The notes beneath the pieces are model-generated. The model was not told where the DNA came from. It worked only from the letters and a program-made list of their open reading frames with translations, and searched no databases. A program made the translations under genes and the position numbers. Source: an uncultured Nitrososphaeraceae archaeon (lineage in GTDB: Archaea; Thermoproteota; Nitrososphaeria; Nitrososphaerales; Nitrososphaeraceae). From it: a stretch of 64,000 nucleotides of DNA. Below are positions 23,193 to 34,591 of the stretch, piece after piece. Location of the stretch: assembly GCA_963779615.1 (NCBI GenBank), contig CAVZZA010000003.1:1-64000 (forward strand), written 5' to 3'. Each line of letters opens with the position of its first letter. Position 1 is the first letter of the stretch.

Positions 23193-25046
23193 TCATATTT
23201 TTCCATTTCTCCGAGAGTCAAAGAGGGTGCGGGGTTTGTTTAAAGCAGGTCCCCGCCTTATAGCAGCAGTTATCCTGCTTTGATACATTAAACCATTGAT
23301 CTGCCACAATATAACTGCCAATGCAATCCCGATTAATACCAATATCAAGACAACAGGAACAATTCCATATGTACAGTATATGTAATTATCATAGGGACAG
23401 GGAGCTAACCCGTAATTAACCCAATGCCAAGAGGTATGGAAATAATTTTGAACCTGGATAGTAGCGATATAATTCTCCGCCAAAGCTTTTGCATGCAAAA
23501 TAATTGGAGAATGCATTGGATCCCAAATTAGGGCATTCCATGCAGTTTTGTCATCAAGTTTTTCCTTCAGTTCCAAGTAAGCCTGATCATAATAAGGCCA
23601 AACAAGTACTCCCAACAAGGTAATACAAAACCCAGATGCAGACAAAGCGATTACGGAATACTTTAAAAATGTGTTTCTATTTATCCCCACAAGCAAGCTT
23701 CCTACCATCAATGTTATGAAAGGCAGCAAAACCACAAAATATCGGGGGCCCCATCCATTTCCCCACCAAGAGAATGGCTCAGAGTTATACGACAGTGTGC
23801 CAACATCTATCCAATTTATAACTATTATAAAAACAAAAAGGTATAGCAATTTTTTTTTATTTTGATTCTTCATGCTTTTAGCTGCCCACGGAAGCAATAT
23901 CGAAATGGGAAAGTACAGAAATAAACCAGCACCAGGACTTATCAGTAACCCAACCAGTCCCCTCCATCCATCATGTGCTGCTAAAGTGCTGAAATATCCA
24001 TAACCAAATTCCGTAAATGAGCCAAACCGTGCGTAATTAACAACCCCTACAGAGAACAAAACAATTAGTAAAACAGCCACCAGAAATACAAAATTCTTCA
24101 TATTCTTTTTTCTCATTTCCAGAAAAGAATAGACCAAAAACCCGGGCAGAATTACTATGCTGGTAGGATGCGCAAATACAGACAATCCCAAGAAAAGCCC
24201 CGCGATGCCGGCAAAATAAAACCCCTTATTTTGAGTTTGGTGGAGACTATGCGAACCATGATTATGCCCATAGACTTTTGTCCCCGGTGCATCCGCTGCT
24301 TTATTTGACGCCCCGAAATAATTGCAAATAAAAAAAGGGTTATGGTGAAGCGACTTGTAGATGAAAAAAAGAGCGGCTACCAGTGTCAAAGCCTGCAAAG
24401 GCTGAGCCCAAAATGTAGTAACAAAAGGCAAAACAAAAGAACAAACATTGAACACCAGGCTTAGCACAAACCCTATTTTGGCAGAGTGATATAGCTCTAT
24501 AGAGAAGCAAAATATGATAACAGAGATTAATGCGATCAGAAGGGAGTTCACAAATAGGCTTACAAACAAAAGCGGAGACACAGAAAGGATCAATGCGAGC
24601 GTGTAAAACGGAACGGCGACTGCAGAAATCAATAGCGATCTAACGGTATAAACTGGCTCAAGGGGGGTGTTTTGATCAAATGGTTGTCCTTCGTGTATCG
24701 ACTTGAAAAACGCCACTGTATAGTTGACATTGAAATGCAAACTCTCCACGCTTGGAACCGTAGGATCCAATTTTGCGGTTTGTTTTAGAACCATGCTTTC
24801 GGTGGTTAAAAAAGACTCAATTCCATCCCACACGTCAATATGCCCACCGCTAGACAGAACGTTAATTAGATAGAAAAACGCAAATACCAACAATATTAGT
24901 TTTCTGTTAACCGTATGAACAAACATCAAATCTATTAGATTGATTTTATAGTGTGTTTTCTTTATAAAACTTGTTAAACCGTAAAACGCTCTGCAGAATC
25001 GAATAAAATACTTTAAATGGTAGTTGATTAAAATGGCCCGGCTCAA
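23193..25046 (-). CDS. Multi-pass membrane protein, GT-C fold glycosyltransferase-like
   Basis: Many TM helices, acidic DVWDG in the first external loop, NYARFGS, GLFLYFP and WGPRY motifs; real start probably downstream of 25046. Confidence 0.72.
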   Translation of the reverse strand: MSRAILINYHLKYFIRFCRAFYGLTSFIKKTHYKINLIDLMFVHTVNRKLILLVFAFFYLINVLSSGGHIDVWDGIESFLTTESMVLKQTAKLDPTVPSVESLHFNVNYTVAFFKSIHEGQPFDQNTPLEPVYTVRSLLISAVAVPFYTLALILSVSPLLFVSLFVNSLLIALISVIIFCFSIELYHSAKIGFVLSLVFNVCSFVLPFVTTFWAQPLQALTLVAALFFIYKSLHHNPFFICNYFGASNKAADAPGTKVYGHNHGSHSLHQTQNKGFYFAGIAGLFLGLSVFAHPTSIVILPGFLVYSFLEMRKKNMKNFVFLVAVLLIVLFSVGVVNYARFGSFTEFGYGYFSTLAAHDGWRGLVGLLISPGAGLFLYFPISILLPWAAKSMKNQNKKKLLYLFVFIIVINWIDVGTLSYNSEPFSWWGNGWGPRYFVVLLPFITLMVGSLLVGINRNTFLKYSVIALSASGFCITLLGVLVWPYYDQAYLELKEKLDDKTAWNALIWDPMHSPIILHAKALAENYIATIQVQNYFHTSWHWVNYGLAPCPYDNYIYCTYGIVPVVLILVLIGIALAVILWQINGLMYQSRITAAIRRGPALNKPRTLFDSRRNGKI

Positions 25047-25517
25047 GACTTCATTTGGTCATCATTATCGTTAGGATCGCGTAAATGGCGGTCGGGCGGT
25101 TTTTCCAGCATTAAAGAAAAATATCTAATCTTGTTAAATCAATCACTGTTTCCTGAATCAATACAAAACTGTTGATTGTGTGTATTTATTTGAATTTGCC
25201 ATTTGATGTAAAAAAGTGTTTTCACCGGGTGCAGCCCTAAAAAATTAACTTTTAAGTAACTGGCCAGAAAGAAGGTAGGGATACAAATTGAAGGTCAAAT
25301 GCACCCAATTCCTGACCACACTGTGGGTAACCTTGGCCTATTGATGCAAACCAGATTAGGATCCAAATTAATGTAATCAATAACTGCTCTTTGAGATAAA
25401 CATCATGCCCAGTTGGCCAATGCAAACCGAAAGCAAAATCACCTGGAAAGGTAAAATCACAATCTATGCATTACAGCTGTCCTGTAATCGAGGTTGCTTG
25501 CATGTCCATTTGCCAGG

Positions 25518-26513
25518 CTACAATTGAGTCGGTAGTAGTTCTCTTATCAGCTCTTTCGCCGAAATTATTATTGCTTCTCTGCTATTATACCGTGGTGCCC
25601 ATCCGGTGCTTTTTAACTTTGAAACATCTAGCAGCATTTGGGTAATATCTCCCTTCCATCCTCCTCCTCCCCCCATACCACCCTGAAAGGACAACATCAC
25701 CTCATTCAAATTCTGTATGGTGCAGATTTCCTTCGCAATTGATACCGCGTTGATTTGATCTATGTTACCAGCATTGAAGATATCAATATTATTGTCGATT
25801 TTTTCTCCTCTGAGTTTTGAGATATGCAAATGGTATAAACAATTTGTAAAGTCAGATATATGCAAATATGATTTTGACTGAAAGCCGTTACCTAGGATTA
25901 TCAACTTCTTTGGATTTGCCTTCAATTTCCTAATAAAATCATAAATTATGCCTTTATCGCTTCTTGCACCCACTATATTTGCCAACCTTAAGATAATTCC
26001 AGATATCCCATATTGCTTGCAATATGTGGAGACCAAAGCCTCGCATGCCAATTTAGAGGCACCATAGTGAGATTCAGGAACCAAGGGACCGTAATCCTCC
26101 GGAGTTGGTAATAATGAGGCATAGCCATAAATAGTCGAAGAGCTGGTGAAAATTATTTTTTTTACTGATGATGACTTCCTTATCCCTTCCAATAGTTTTA
26201 TAGTGTTACCGATATTTTGCTCATATAAGGCGTTGATTCCCGTCTCTTCTACATATACACTCGAATATGCGGCAAGGTGAAAGACAACCTCTTGCTCTTC
26301 TAGAGCTCCCTTGATATCCTCAACATTAGACAGGTTTTTTTTGACAAATCTAAAGTCAGGATTTTTCAAATTATGGTTGATGTTATCGATTTTCCCCGAG
26401 GAAAGGTTGTCAAAAACTGTGACTTTACCTCCATTTGCTAACAATTTATCTGCCAAATGACTTCCTATAAAACCGGCGCCTCCTGTTATCAGGCATTGTG
26501 AGTTGTCACTCAT
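25518..26513 (-). CDS. NAD-dependent epimerase/dehydratase (GalE-like)
   Basis: TGGAGFIGSHL, FHLAA, YGASK. Confidence 0.95.
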   Translation of the reverse strand: MSDNSQCLITGGAGFIGSHLADKLLANGGKVTVFDNLSSGKIDNINHNLKNPDFRFVKKNLSNVEDIKGALEEQEVVFHLAAYSSVYVEETGINALYEQNIGNTIKLLEGIRKSSSVKKIIFTSSSTIYGYASLLPTPEDYGPLVPESHYGASKLACEALVSTYCKQYGISGIILRLANIVGARSDKGIIYDFIRKLKANPKKLIILGNGFQSKSYLHISDFTNCLYHLHISKLRGEKIDNNIDIFNAGNIDQINAVSIAKEICTIQNLNEVMLSFQGGMGGGGGWKGDITQMLLDVSKLKSTGWAPRYNSREAIIISAKELIRELLPTQL

Positions 26514-26552
26514 TTGCGCTCGTGTTAAACAAAAGGAAAAAGGGTTGTCATT

Positions 26553-27296
26553 CTACACTTCTTTGGGAGCATTACCGCGGTATTGTTCTGCCTTTAAAAT
26601 TGGTGCGTATTTCAATAGAAAACGGAACTTGAAAAGGAAAATCAGGTTTTCTACGCCATGTTTTCTAATTTTAAATGTCGATTTTCCGACTCTTGGACGG
26701 TATATTCCATCCATCTCCCTTGATTTAAAGAATTTGAACGCAATAATCTTTATCTCTTCTGAAAACGACATCCCTTCTGAAACAAGGTTGATTGCATTAC
26801 AGAACTTCCTTTGCATCACCCACATTCCAGATTGGGAATCCTTTACATTAATAGAATAAAGTATCCGCAGTATAAACGATAATAACTTGTTTCCTAAAAA
26901 ATGAGACAAAACCATTGAATTTTTTTCAAGGCCGTCGAGTCTGTTTATCGTAATGAAATCCAAATCATGCTTAATCAGCTCTTCTATGTATTGAGGTATT
27001 TTATTAGATGGGTAAGTTCCATCTGCATCTAGAGTGACTATTATGTCGCCGTCTGCATGTTGCAATGCTGTCTTGTAGGCCAGTCCATATCCTCGCCTTG
27101 CCTGAGAGATTATCCTTGCACCAAGTTTTGAGGCATTTTCTCTGGTTTGATCAGTGGACCCCCCGTCTACAACCAATATGGATACGCCATATCCTAGGTC
27201 TCTTATTTTTTGTAAAGGTAAATTGGTTATTGTTTCTGTTATGCCCACTTGCTCATTTAGTGCTGGAATTATGATGTTGACAGTGTTCGGAGACAC
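26553..27296 (-). CDS. GT2 glycosyltransferase, DPM1-like
   Basis: IIIPALNE, VVDGGSTD, GYGLA, LDADGTY, DSQSGM. Confidence 0.95.
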   Translation of the reverse strand: MSPNTVNIIIPALNEQVGITETITNLPLQKIRDLGYGVSILVVDGGSTDQTRENASKLGARIISQARRGYGLAYKTALQHADGDIIVTLDADGTYPSNKIPQYIEELIKHDLDFITINRLDGLEKNSMVLSHFLGNKLLSFILRILYSINVKDSQSGMWVMQRKFCNAINLVSEGMSFSEEIKIIAFKFFKSREMDGIYRPRVGKSTFKIRKHGVENLIFLFKFRFLLKYAPILKAEQYRGNAPKEV

Positions 27297-27829
27297 CAGT
27301 TATTTGTATAATGTGCAATATAAAAAAGGATCACAATATCCTTGCCTTTAACTTGACAAAATGTTAAACAAGGATTTAACAAGGGAACTGTGAAAATTTT
27401 CCATAAAAATAGAATTTAAAAATGTCAGTTAATATTTTTTCCCAAATCGTCTTTAAACGGCATATGACTATTTTCTATTGCCACCGAAACCATCAAGTAA
27501 GAATCCACATCCATGAAGAGGTTTATGGAATAGAAAACCCACAAACACATATCATAAAGAAAGTAATATTGTTTTTGATTTGTTTTTCTTTCTGAAATGC
27601 AAATTCATCAGCCTGTTTCAGGATAGATAAGGTTCGCGCCGTTAGGTTCAAATGGTTTAGAGGGGCCGAGAGATACATTGTTTTTTATTTACTTATTCTT
27701 GTTATATAGTAATGGGTTCATAAATAGCTAGAACAAGATTGTGCATTATAATAATGACTGGAAGGTGATTATGCAATAATTGACACAAACAATGACCTTA
27801 ATTATTAACCCGAGGCATTTTCAATCCAG

Positions 27830-29751
27830 CCTGATAAAAATAGAGAGAACAAAACGTTCACTAAGGTATATCAGGGTTCGGACAATGCAAACAATGCAAT
27901 CATAGGGTTTGTGGCCAGAGCTCAAAAGAAATAGATTCCTGCATAAGCGCTGATGCTCCCTCTGTACTTATAAAAGTAGATTCAGCAAAGGAAAAGAGAA
28001 TTGATGCTGTTAAAGGAATGGATTAGAGTACCGATTCGTTACTGAAATAACAAAAGACAATATGATTATGTCAAAGACATGCTTACCTTCTCCAAAGTCC
28101 GGCATTTGATTGGGTTGAAAGGCAATTTTGAGATAGCAGATGAAAAAGAGTATGTTGCTGTTGCCACTTTGCAAAAACTACAATCAATCCCTCAACTCAT
28201 ATTCAGCAATTTGCCCGAAATTGTTGAACAGCAGCAATTTATTTTTGACAGCCTTTGGGATAAGGCGATACCTGCAGAACAAAGAATAACAGAAATAGAG
28301 GAAGGAATCATTCCTCAAATTACAACAATAATATATGATTATGGAGAAGCAATAAAAAAGGAATTTGAAACTATAAGAAAAGCCAAAGAGGAAATACAGA
28401 TTATGCATTCAACACTAAACGCATTTAACATACAAGAGCATGGCGGCACACGAAATCTTCTAGAAAACATGGCAGAGCACAACAACGAGTTAAGCATCAG
28501 AATACTCACACCGTTAGACTCAATAAATCAACCGCTGTCCATTCACTCCTTAAGAAAGTACCACAATATTCAAATTCAGGATATTGCACCAAGTATCAGC
28601 ATCAAAATAAAAACTTTGACAGTGGACAGAAAGAAATCAATGATAATGGAACTCAAGCACCCCATAGAGGGCAATATTCCTGCTGTCGCAGGGTTTTCAA
28701 TATATTCTAATAGCGAATCGACAGTATCATCTTACGCATCAATTTTTGAGGTGCCAAATAACCAAAGCATCCTTTTCGAACAACTCAGACAAGATGACAA
28801 GATCAAAAGCGAGTTCATAAATGCGGGCAGATCATGAATTGCGAACCCCAATTATGCCAATATTGAACGGCATGGAAATTCTTGAAGAGAAGCTCGCTGA
28901 AAGGAAAAAAAAATTTTGAGCGAGAAATAGGCATCATTACCAGAAATGCCTCCCGATTACAGAATCTGGCAGAAAGCATTTTGCAGGTATGCAAAATTGA
29001 AAGTGGAAGTTTTAACATAGATAAGCAAAACAAGGTGGACTTCCATAACCTGGTTTCCCAAGTGATAGAGGATATTGAAAAAAAATATGCGTATAGAGAT
29101 AAAACAAACAGGGTTTCAATAATATTTTTACCATTTTACGAAAAGGGTAGCAACATAACAGATGCAGATGTAATGGATGAAGAGAAAAAAGACGCTCAAA
29201 CCCCAATTTCTCCTTCCTACATTTACGTTGACTGTGACCCACAAAAGATTAGCCAAGTAGTTTTTAACCTTTTGGATAACGCAATGAAATTTACCAGCGA
29301 GGGCAAGATTATTGTCTCCACTTTGATAAATACACATTCTCATGGTAATGGTGTGTCAGAAACTGCCAAGCGAATTGGAATCAAAGATGAGATTTTTAAA
29401 ACTTTTGATGGTAAAAAATATAAAAAATTTAAAAACGACATAATTGTTTCGGTACAGGATACCGGAATAGGAATTAATCCAGGCATAAAAGATCAGTTGT
29501 TTGAAAAGTTTGCTACAAAATCCAAAAAAGGTACCGGGCTTGGCTTGTATCTGTCGAAAAAAATTGTTGAGGCCCATGGCGGAAAGATTGGTTTGAGGAA
29601 CCAAAAGCACATAACAATGACAATAGAATTACCGGGGGAAAAATTGGAACTCTATTCAAATTCAGCCTTCCGCTCTCAGGTTCAGCAAAAGGCTTATAAA
29701 ACGATAAAAGGAAATGCTGGGTTTAACAGTATATCACATAGGCGGGGTTAG
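27830..29751 (+). pseudogene. Sensor histidine kinase, frameshifted
   Basis: PLD-like sensor repeats; HELRTP box out of frame at ~28830; NLLDNAMKFT, DTGIGI, GTGLGLY. Confidence 0.85.
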
Positions 29752-29756
29752 TTGGG

Positions 29757-30159
29757 GTGAAATTATATAAATAGAAAAACAATAAACATTCTTCTTCTTG
29801 ACGATGAAGAAGATATTACCATTCTTTTCAAGGAGGGCCTTGAAATCAAGGGAAACTATAATGTTGACGCATATACCGATCCCCTAAAGGCATTAAATAA
29901 CTTTAAACCCAATGTATACGATTTGGTACTTGTTGACATAGTCATGCCAGGGATGAGTGGGTTTGAATTTTACACATACATAAACAAAATAGATAAAGAA
30001 TGCAAAGTTTGTTTTTTTTCAGCCTCAGAGAACAGCGAGCAGAAAATAAGAAACATGTTTCCTGAGTTAAAGTGGGAAAAAAATGTTCTTATTCAAAAGC
30101 CAATAAGGATAAGAGATTTAACAAACAAAATTAAGGAAATTATAGATGATGGAATGTAG
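29757..30159 (+). CDS. Response regulator (REC); start obscured, probably by an extra A after GTG
   Basis: The frame is open from 29761: ILLLDDEEDI...LVDIVMPGMSG...FFSA...QKP. Confidence 0.85.
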
Positions 30160-31035
30160 GCACTGCAGTAACATAAATCCTGACATAAAAAAGCTGATGG
30201 AGACCTGGAAAAAACCCTAATAAAAGTAAAGGATTTAGTGACAAGTAACTGGCAAATCACCCAAGCAAAACATTTACAAAGACAGGCAATTTGGCAACCA
30301 TCTTCACACTTTAATGATAATGCTTGCAACCGTTCCCATAATTTCACCCATTAGATTAAATAAACATCAAATTATAATCCTACTCTTTTTTTACCCTTTG
30401 CTGCACTACACACCATGTCGTTTCGCAAATTCTTTCTCCATCATTTAATTCATTTCAGTGATTCCGATAAGGAAAAGTGAACCTCATAAAGGAATCTGAT
30501 TTAGGTTAGTTGTTTCTTCTCGTTTAGAATACATCACCACTAGGATTTGAGTTGGATACCATTTATGGGCAGGAGAGTATCCAGAAATGAAAAGAATACG
30601 AAACCAGGCTCATGGGTTGTCGTTACCTGGAAATTAAAGGTAACTGATTGGGACATGATCATGATGTTATTATCCAAAACAGAACCAAGGCATTATTCAA
30701 AATGATAACAAGCAATGGTTATTCACTATTGAAATGTGATAGGGAGCGACAGCAGATTGATAAAAACCTTTAGAGACTTATTAAAAATATGTTTATCTTT
30801 AAGTATCATTACCATTTCGGGTTTTGCAGGTGAAGGATGTTATCAATACATAGATTAGACTTGTCATAGTTGTCGTTGCTAATAACCTCATGTCTATTGG
30901 ATTTTGCAAGGCTGTTGGCTGTGCGACACAGGTGCCAGGAGCGGAGATTAGTCAATCCCAATGAAAACCCACAGGTTTTAAATAAACTGGCACAAACCAT
31001 ATGTTCATATAATTAATCAGTAAAATCTTGTTTGT

Positions 31036-31248
31036 TTAAAGTTTTTTAGAGTGGTTATTGAGAATGTGAGTATTTAATTCATGTGGATGGCTCAACCTTC
31101 TTTTGCAAAATTTACAGACATAATTGTTCTTTTTCATCTCCTTTCGATGGCTTTTGGTCGAAAACCTTGTGGTGTCTACATATTCAATGGAAAGGTGCTC
31201 GTTACCACCACCACCACCACCATCGTCAATCGTCATCGTCATCGTCAT
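31036..31248 (-). CDS. Small C2H2 zinc-finger protein
   Basis: YVCKFCKRRLSHPHELNTHILNNH. Confidence 0.7.
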   Translation of the reverse strand: MTMTMTIDDGGGGGGNEHLSIEYVDTTRFSTKSHRKEMKKNNYVCKFCKRRLSHPHELNTHILNNHSKKL

Positions 31249-31870
31249 TATTTTTTTTGTTCACCCTGTCCAATAATTCCAGTATCCGATGCCTGCTACA
31301 TAAACCATTAAATCAACAATCACCACATTACATGCAAATGGGACCTTATGAGAAGGTAGCAATACCCAAAGTAGGGTGATTCGATATCCATACGTGTTTT
31401 ACGCACACGTGACATCAATCTTACAATGCAATTATGGGCATGGTGGAATCATTTAAACCTCAGATGAGACGTTTAAGTCATTTGCGCTCCTTTGTTTTCC
31501 CATTGTATAAAAATCAGCAGAAGGAAAAGATTTCTCTGAAGGTCTTGTAACTCCTTGACTCATACCTAGAAAATAAAACAAAAACAATCAGATATGTTTT
31601 TTTGTTTGCAGTTTTACTTTTACAAAGAAATGGTCACCAAAAAACTTTGTAGTTTTTGACAGACTAGTTTTTAATTCAATAACGCTTTTCCCAAAAAAAG
31701 AACCAATAACCCTTTGTTTTCTCACACAGGTATACTGGATTCGCTAATTTGTACAGGATTTTTATTGACGCTTCCAATACAAATAAGAATTTGAAATGTC
31801 TTGTTTAAATCTGTTGATAACAATTTTCAATACAATTCATTTAAATGATTGACCCCGTATAATAATTGTA

Positions 31871-32617
31871 TTGACTTTTCTCCTAAATAAAACAGTTAAA
31901 ATGGGATTAATAACAAACCAATATCATCCTATGAAAACACCATTGGGATTACTGATTATTTCATCCTTAATTTTGTTAACATTTGTTCTCATATATGACG
32001 AGAATACGGTTTTTGCAAAGGACAATAGTGATGATAACGATAAAGACGATGATGATGGCCGCAGTGACAATGATGATGACAGCAAGTTTGTGGACAACAA
32101 TGCCATCCAGATATGCTGTACTTGGGGTCAGGAGTTGGCAGACGGTGTCCTTACTTACTCATTTGAGGACAAGGACAAAAAGGTAGAGGCTTCGATTATA
32201 AAGGCAGCGGATTCATGGAATGAGGTGCTGAATGGAGTTCAGCTCAAGAAAACCAAAGGTGATGGTGAGGTTTTAATCTCTTTTAGGACTGACGGCAAAA
32301 AGGTTGCAGGAGAAACGGTAAACTATTTTGATGGCGATGGATTTATCAGAAAATCCCACATCACAATATCAAAGGAATCATATGACAATGAATTTAGCCC
32401 ACCACAAATAGAACAAATTGTCAAGCATGAACTTGGGCACGTATTGGGTATGGGCCACGCAAACTTTAACGGTAATCTAATGTCAACCAGAGTTGACACC
32501 GGAAGTGGAGCTATAACAGCTTGTGAAATCGAGGCGGTAAATACCGCGAATGCCTGGAAGATAAATGGAGATGGGTCATCCATGCACAATCCGTATGAAA
32601 ATTACATCATTTGCTAA
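31871..32617 (+). CDS. Secreted matrixin/M10-like zinc metalloprotease
   Basis: HELGHVLGMGH plus Met-turn (LM); signal peptide; start probably at MKTPL. Confidence 0.9.
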   Translation: MTFLLNKTVKMGLITNQYHPMKTPLGLLIISSLILLTFVLIYDENTVFAKDNSDDNDKDDDDGRSDNDDDSKFVDNNAIQICCTWGQELADGVLTYSFEDKDKKVEASIIKAADSWNEVLNGVQLKKTKGDGEVLISFRTDGKKVAGETVNYFDGDGFIRKSHITISKESYDNEFSPPQIEQIVKHELGHVLGMGHANFNGNLMSTRVDTGSGAITACEIEAVNTANAWKINGDGSSMHNPYENYIIC

Positions 32618-32924
32618 AGGTGTTCTTTGTACAATAGAACAGAATAATAGAGGAGTGTTATCTTTTTTCAAGGATAAAGCACAACTTTAGCTCAACAGAC
32701 CAAATCGACCATTTTTACAGATTCATTTAACAAGTATGGAAACAGGCCATCAACACGAATAACAACTATCATGATTGAATGAGAGAGTATTCGGTATGGG
32801 CAGTGTTTGGGTATGCTTTATCGCGTCATAAACCGCTTGCACTTCAAGGTAAAAGCGGGATAAAACAGTCAGGAAAATAATGATTCAATACAGAGATATA
32901 TATAATTTATAACACAACTTTTTT

Positions 32925-33638
32925 TTGGAGTCTCATTTGGACAAGGATGATTATTACAAGACACTCGGAGTATTAAAAGAGGCCAGCGACAAAGAGATCA
33001 AAAGTGCCTATAGGCGCCTAGCTAGGGAATATCATCCCGACAGAAATTCTAACGTTTCTGACGACATAATGAAGAAAATAAACATAGCCTTTGAGGTTCT
33101 TTCTGATCCTGAAAAAAGAAATGAATATAATAAATTCAGTTTCGTTGATGTTTTGGAAGACAATGATAAAACAAATGATGATGCGCATACAAGTGGCAAT
33201 GTTATTGATAGCGGTAATTACCAAGCAAAGTACAAAAGAAGAAAACATGCATCCTCTCCTGCCGCTGCCGCTGATACTATCAACGATTACCCCAACAACC
33301 ATAAAGACGACAACGGATACTATGCCTTTCAAAAAACGGCAGCGGCAGCGGCAGCAGCAGCAGCAGAACCAGCAACTTTTGCTAATGACCCATTACCCAT
33401 TCCAGAAAGCCGATATCACATAATTGTCGAGCCGTCCCTCTGTCTTGCATTTGGTAGTTGTGAAACGCTCGCCCCAAAAGTGTTTGTAGTAGAAAAAGAC
33501 AAACCAATAAACCCAAAGGCCATAGTCAAATCAGAAACCGGGGCAGAATTTGAAACAATACTTGATGCCGCCAAAACGTGCCCTACAAAAGCAATCATAA
33601 TTATAGACAGATACACAGGCGAACGCATTTTCCCTTGA
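32925..33638 (+). CDS. J-domain-ferredoxin fusion (DnaJ-Fer)
   Basis: DYYKTLGV...YHPDRN J-domain; CLAFGSC...CPTKAI ferredoxin. Confidence 0.93.
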   Translation: MESHLDKDDYYKTLGVLKEASDKEIKSAYRRLAREYHPDRNSNVSDDIMKKINIAFEVLSDPEKRNEYNKFSFVDVLEDNDKTNDDAHTSGNVIDSGNYQAKYKRRKHASSPAAAADTINDYPNNHKDDNGYYAFQKTAAAAAAAAAEPATFANDPLPIPESRYHIIVEPSLCLAFGSCETLAPKVFVVEKDKPINPKAIVKSETGAEFETILDAAKTCPTKAIIIIDRYTGERIFP

Positions 33639-33789
33639 TACCATGCTGTTTAATCAGGATGCAATTAGCAAATATCGCTAATTGACTAATATCTACTGCG
33701 CCTTTGATTCACAAAGCAGGAAATCTGAAGCTCAAACGCAGGGTTACTTTTTCTTTTAGGTCGGTATCTCTGTTTAAGCACTAGTGCAG

Positions 33790-34370
33790 TAGATGCGGCA
33801 CGAGCTTTCTGACTGCTATCTACCCAAAGTGATGAAAATATTCTCTTGGTTAGCAGTTTTGGTAATATATCATATTCCCTGTCTTACTTTCCAAACCTGT
33901 TACTGAAAATACCATTCAGTATCCTTTACCCTCCCTTTTCACAAATGACGGTCATATGTTGGAGTTGATGGATAATCAGCAATGGATTTCCTAGTCATAT
34001 GATGACGTCCATTATCGCATTCTTCCTTATGATGATATCCTGATTGGTACCACGAATAGATTGCTGATTACATAGATGGGTGCACATTTTCTTATTCGTA
34101 TTTTTGTATGATTGTTTTATGCACCGGCTGCAGACGTTACTCTGATCCAGGTCAGAGGCAAATATTGTCAGGTGGAATAGGTCAAGGCGGCAGGAGGCGA
34201 AAGGCATGTGGATCCTGTTTTTTACCCGTTTTGGGATGGTTTCTACAGCCATGGATCTTTTTTATTTGCTTTTCTCTTTGTTGATAGAGGTCGAAACCAT
34301 GTTTGTCAAGTTTGTTCCGGATTTCTTTGAGGGTGGAATCAATATTCCTTGCCATGAGGCTCACAAACTA
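33790..34370 (-). mobile_element. Highly degraded IS5-family (ISL2-like) transposase remnant
   Basis: KNRIHMPF...DLDQSNVCSR resembles the 9507..9875 fragment; no TIRs recognised. Confidence 0.55.
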
Positions 34371-34373
34371 CCT

Positions 34374-34446
34374 CAAAAGCGATGGTTTATGAATAGCCTA
34401 TCAGCCAAAAGCGATGGTTTATGAATAGCCTATCAGCCAAAAGCGA
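34374..34446. repeat. 32-bp perfect tandem duplication plus 9-bp partial third copy
   Basis: CAAAAGCGATGGTTTATGAATAGCCTATCAGC x2 followed by CAAAAGCGA. Confidence 0.95.
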
Positions 34447-34591
34447 GAAGGAACATTTGATGAAGATTTGACGGCCACAAAAACTGTTTTGAATCAACCA
34501 TGCACAAAATCTTTGACGCGAATGCAAAAGTTGGAGATAAGGATAACATATTATTATTAATTACACATCAAGAATAGTGTGATTAGGGAAG

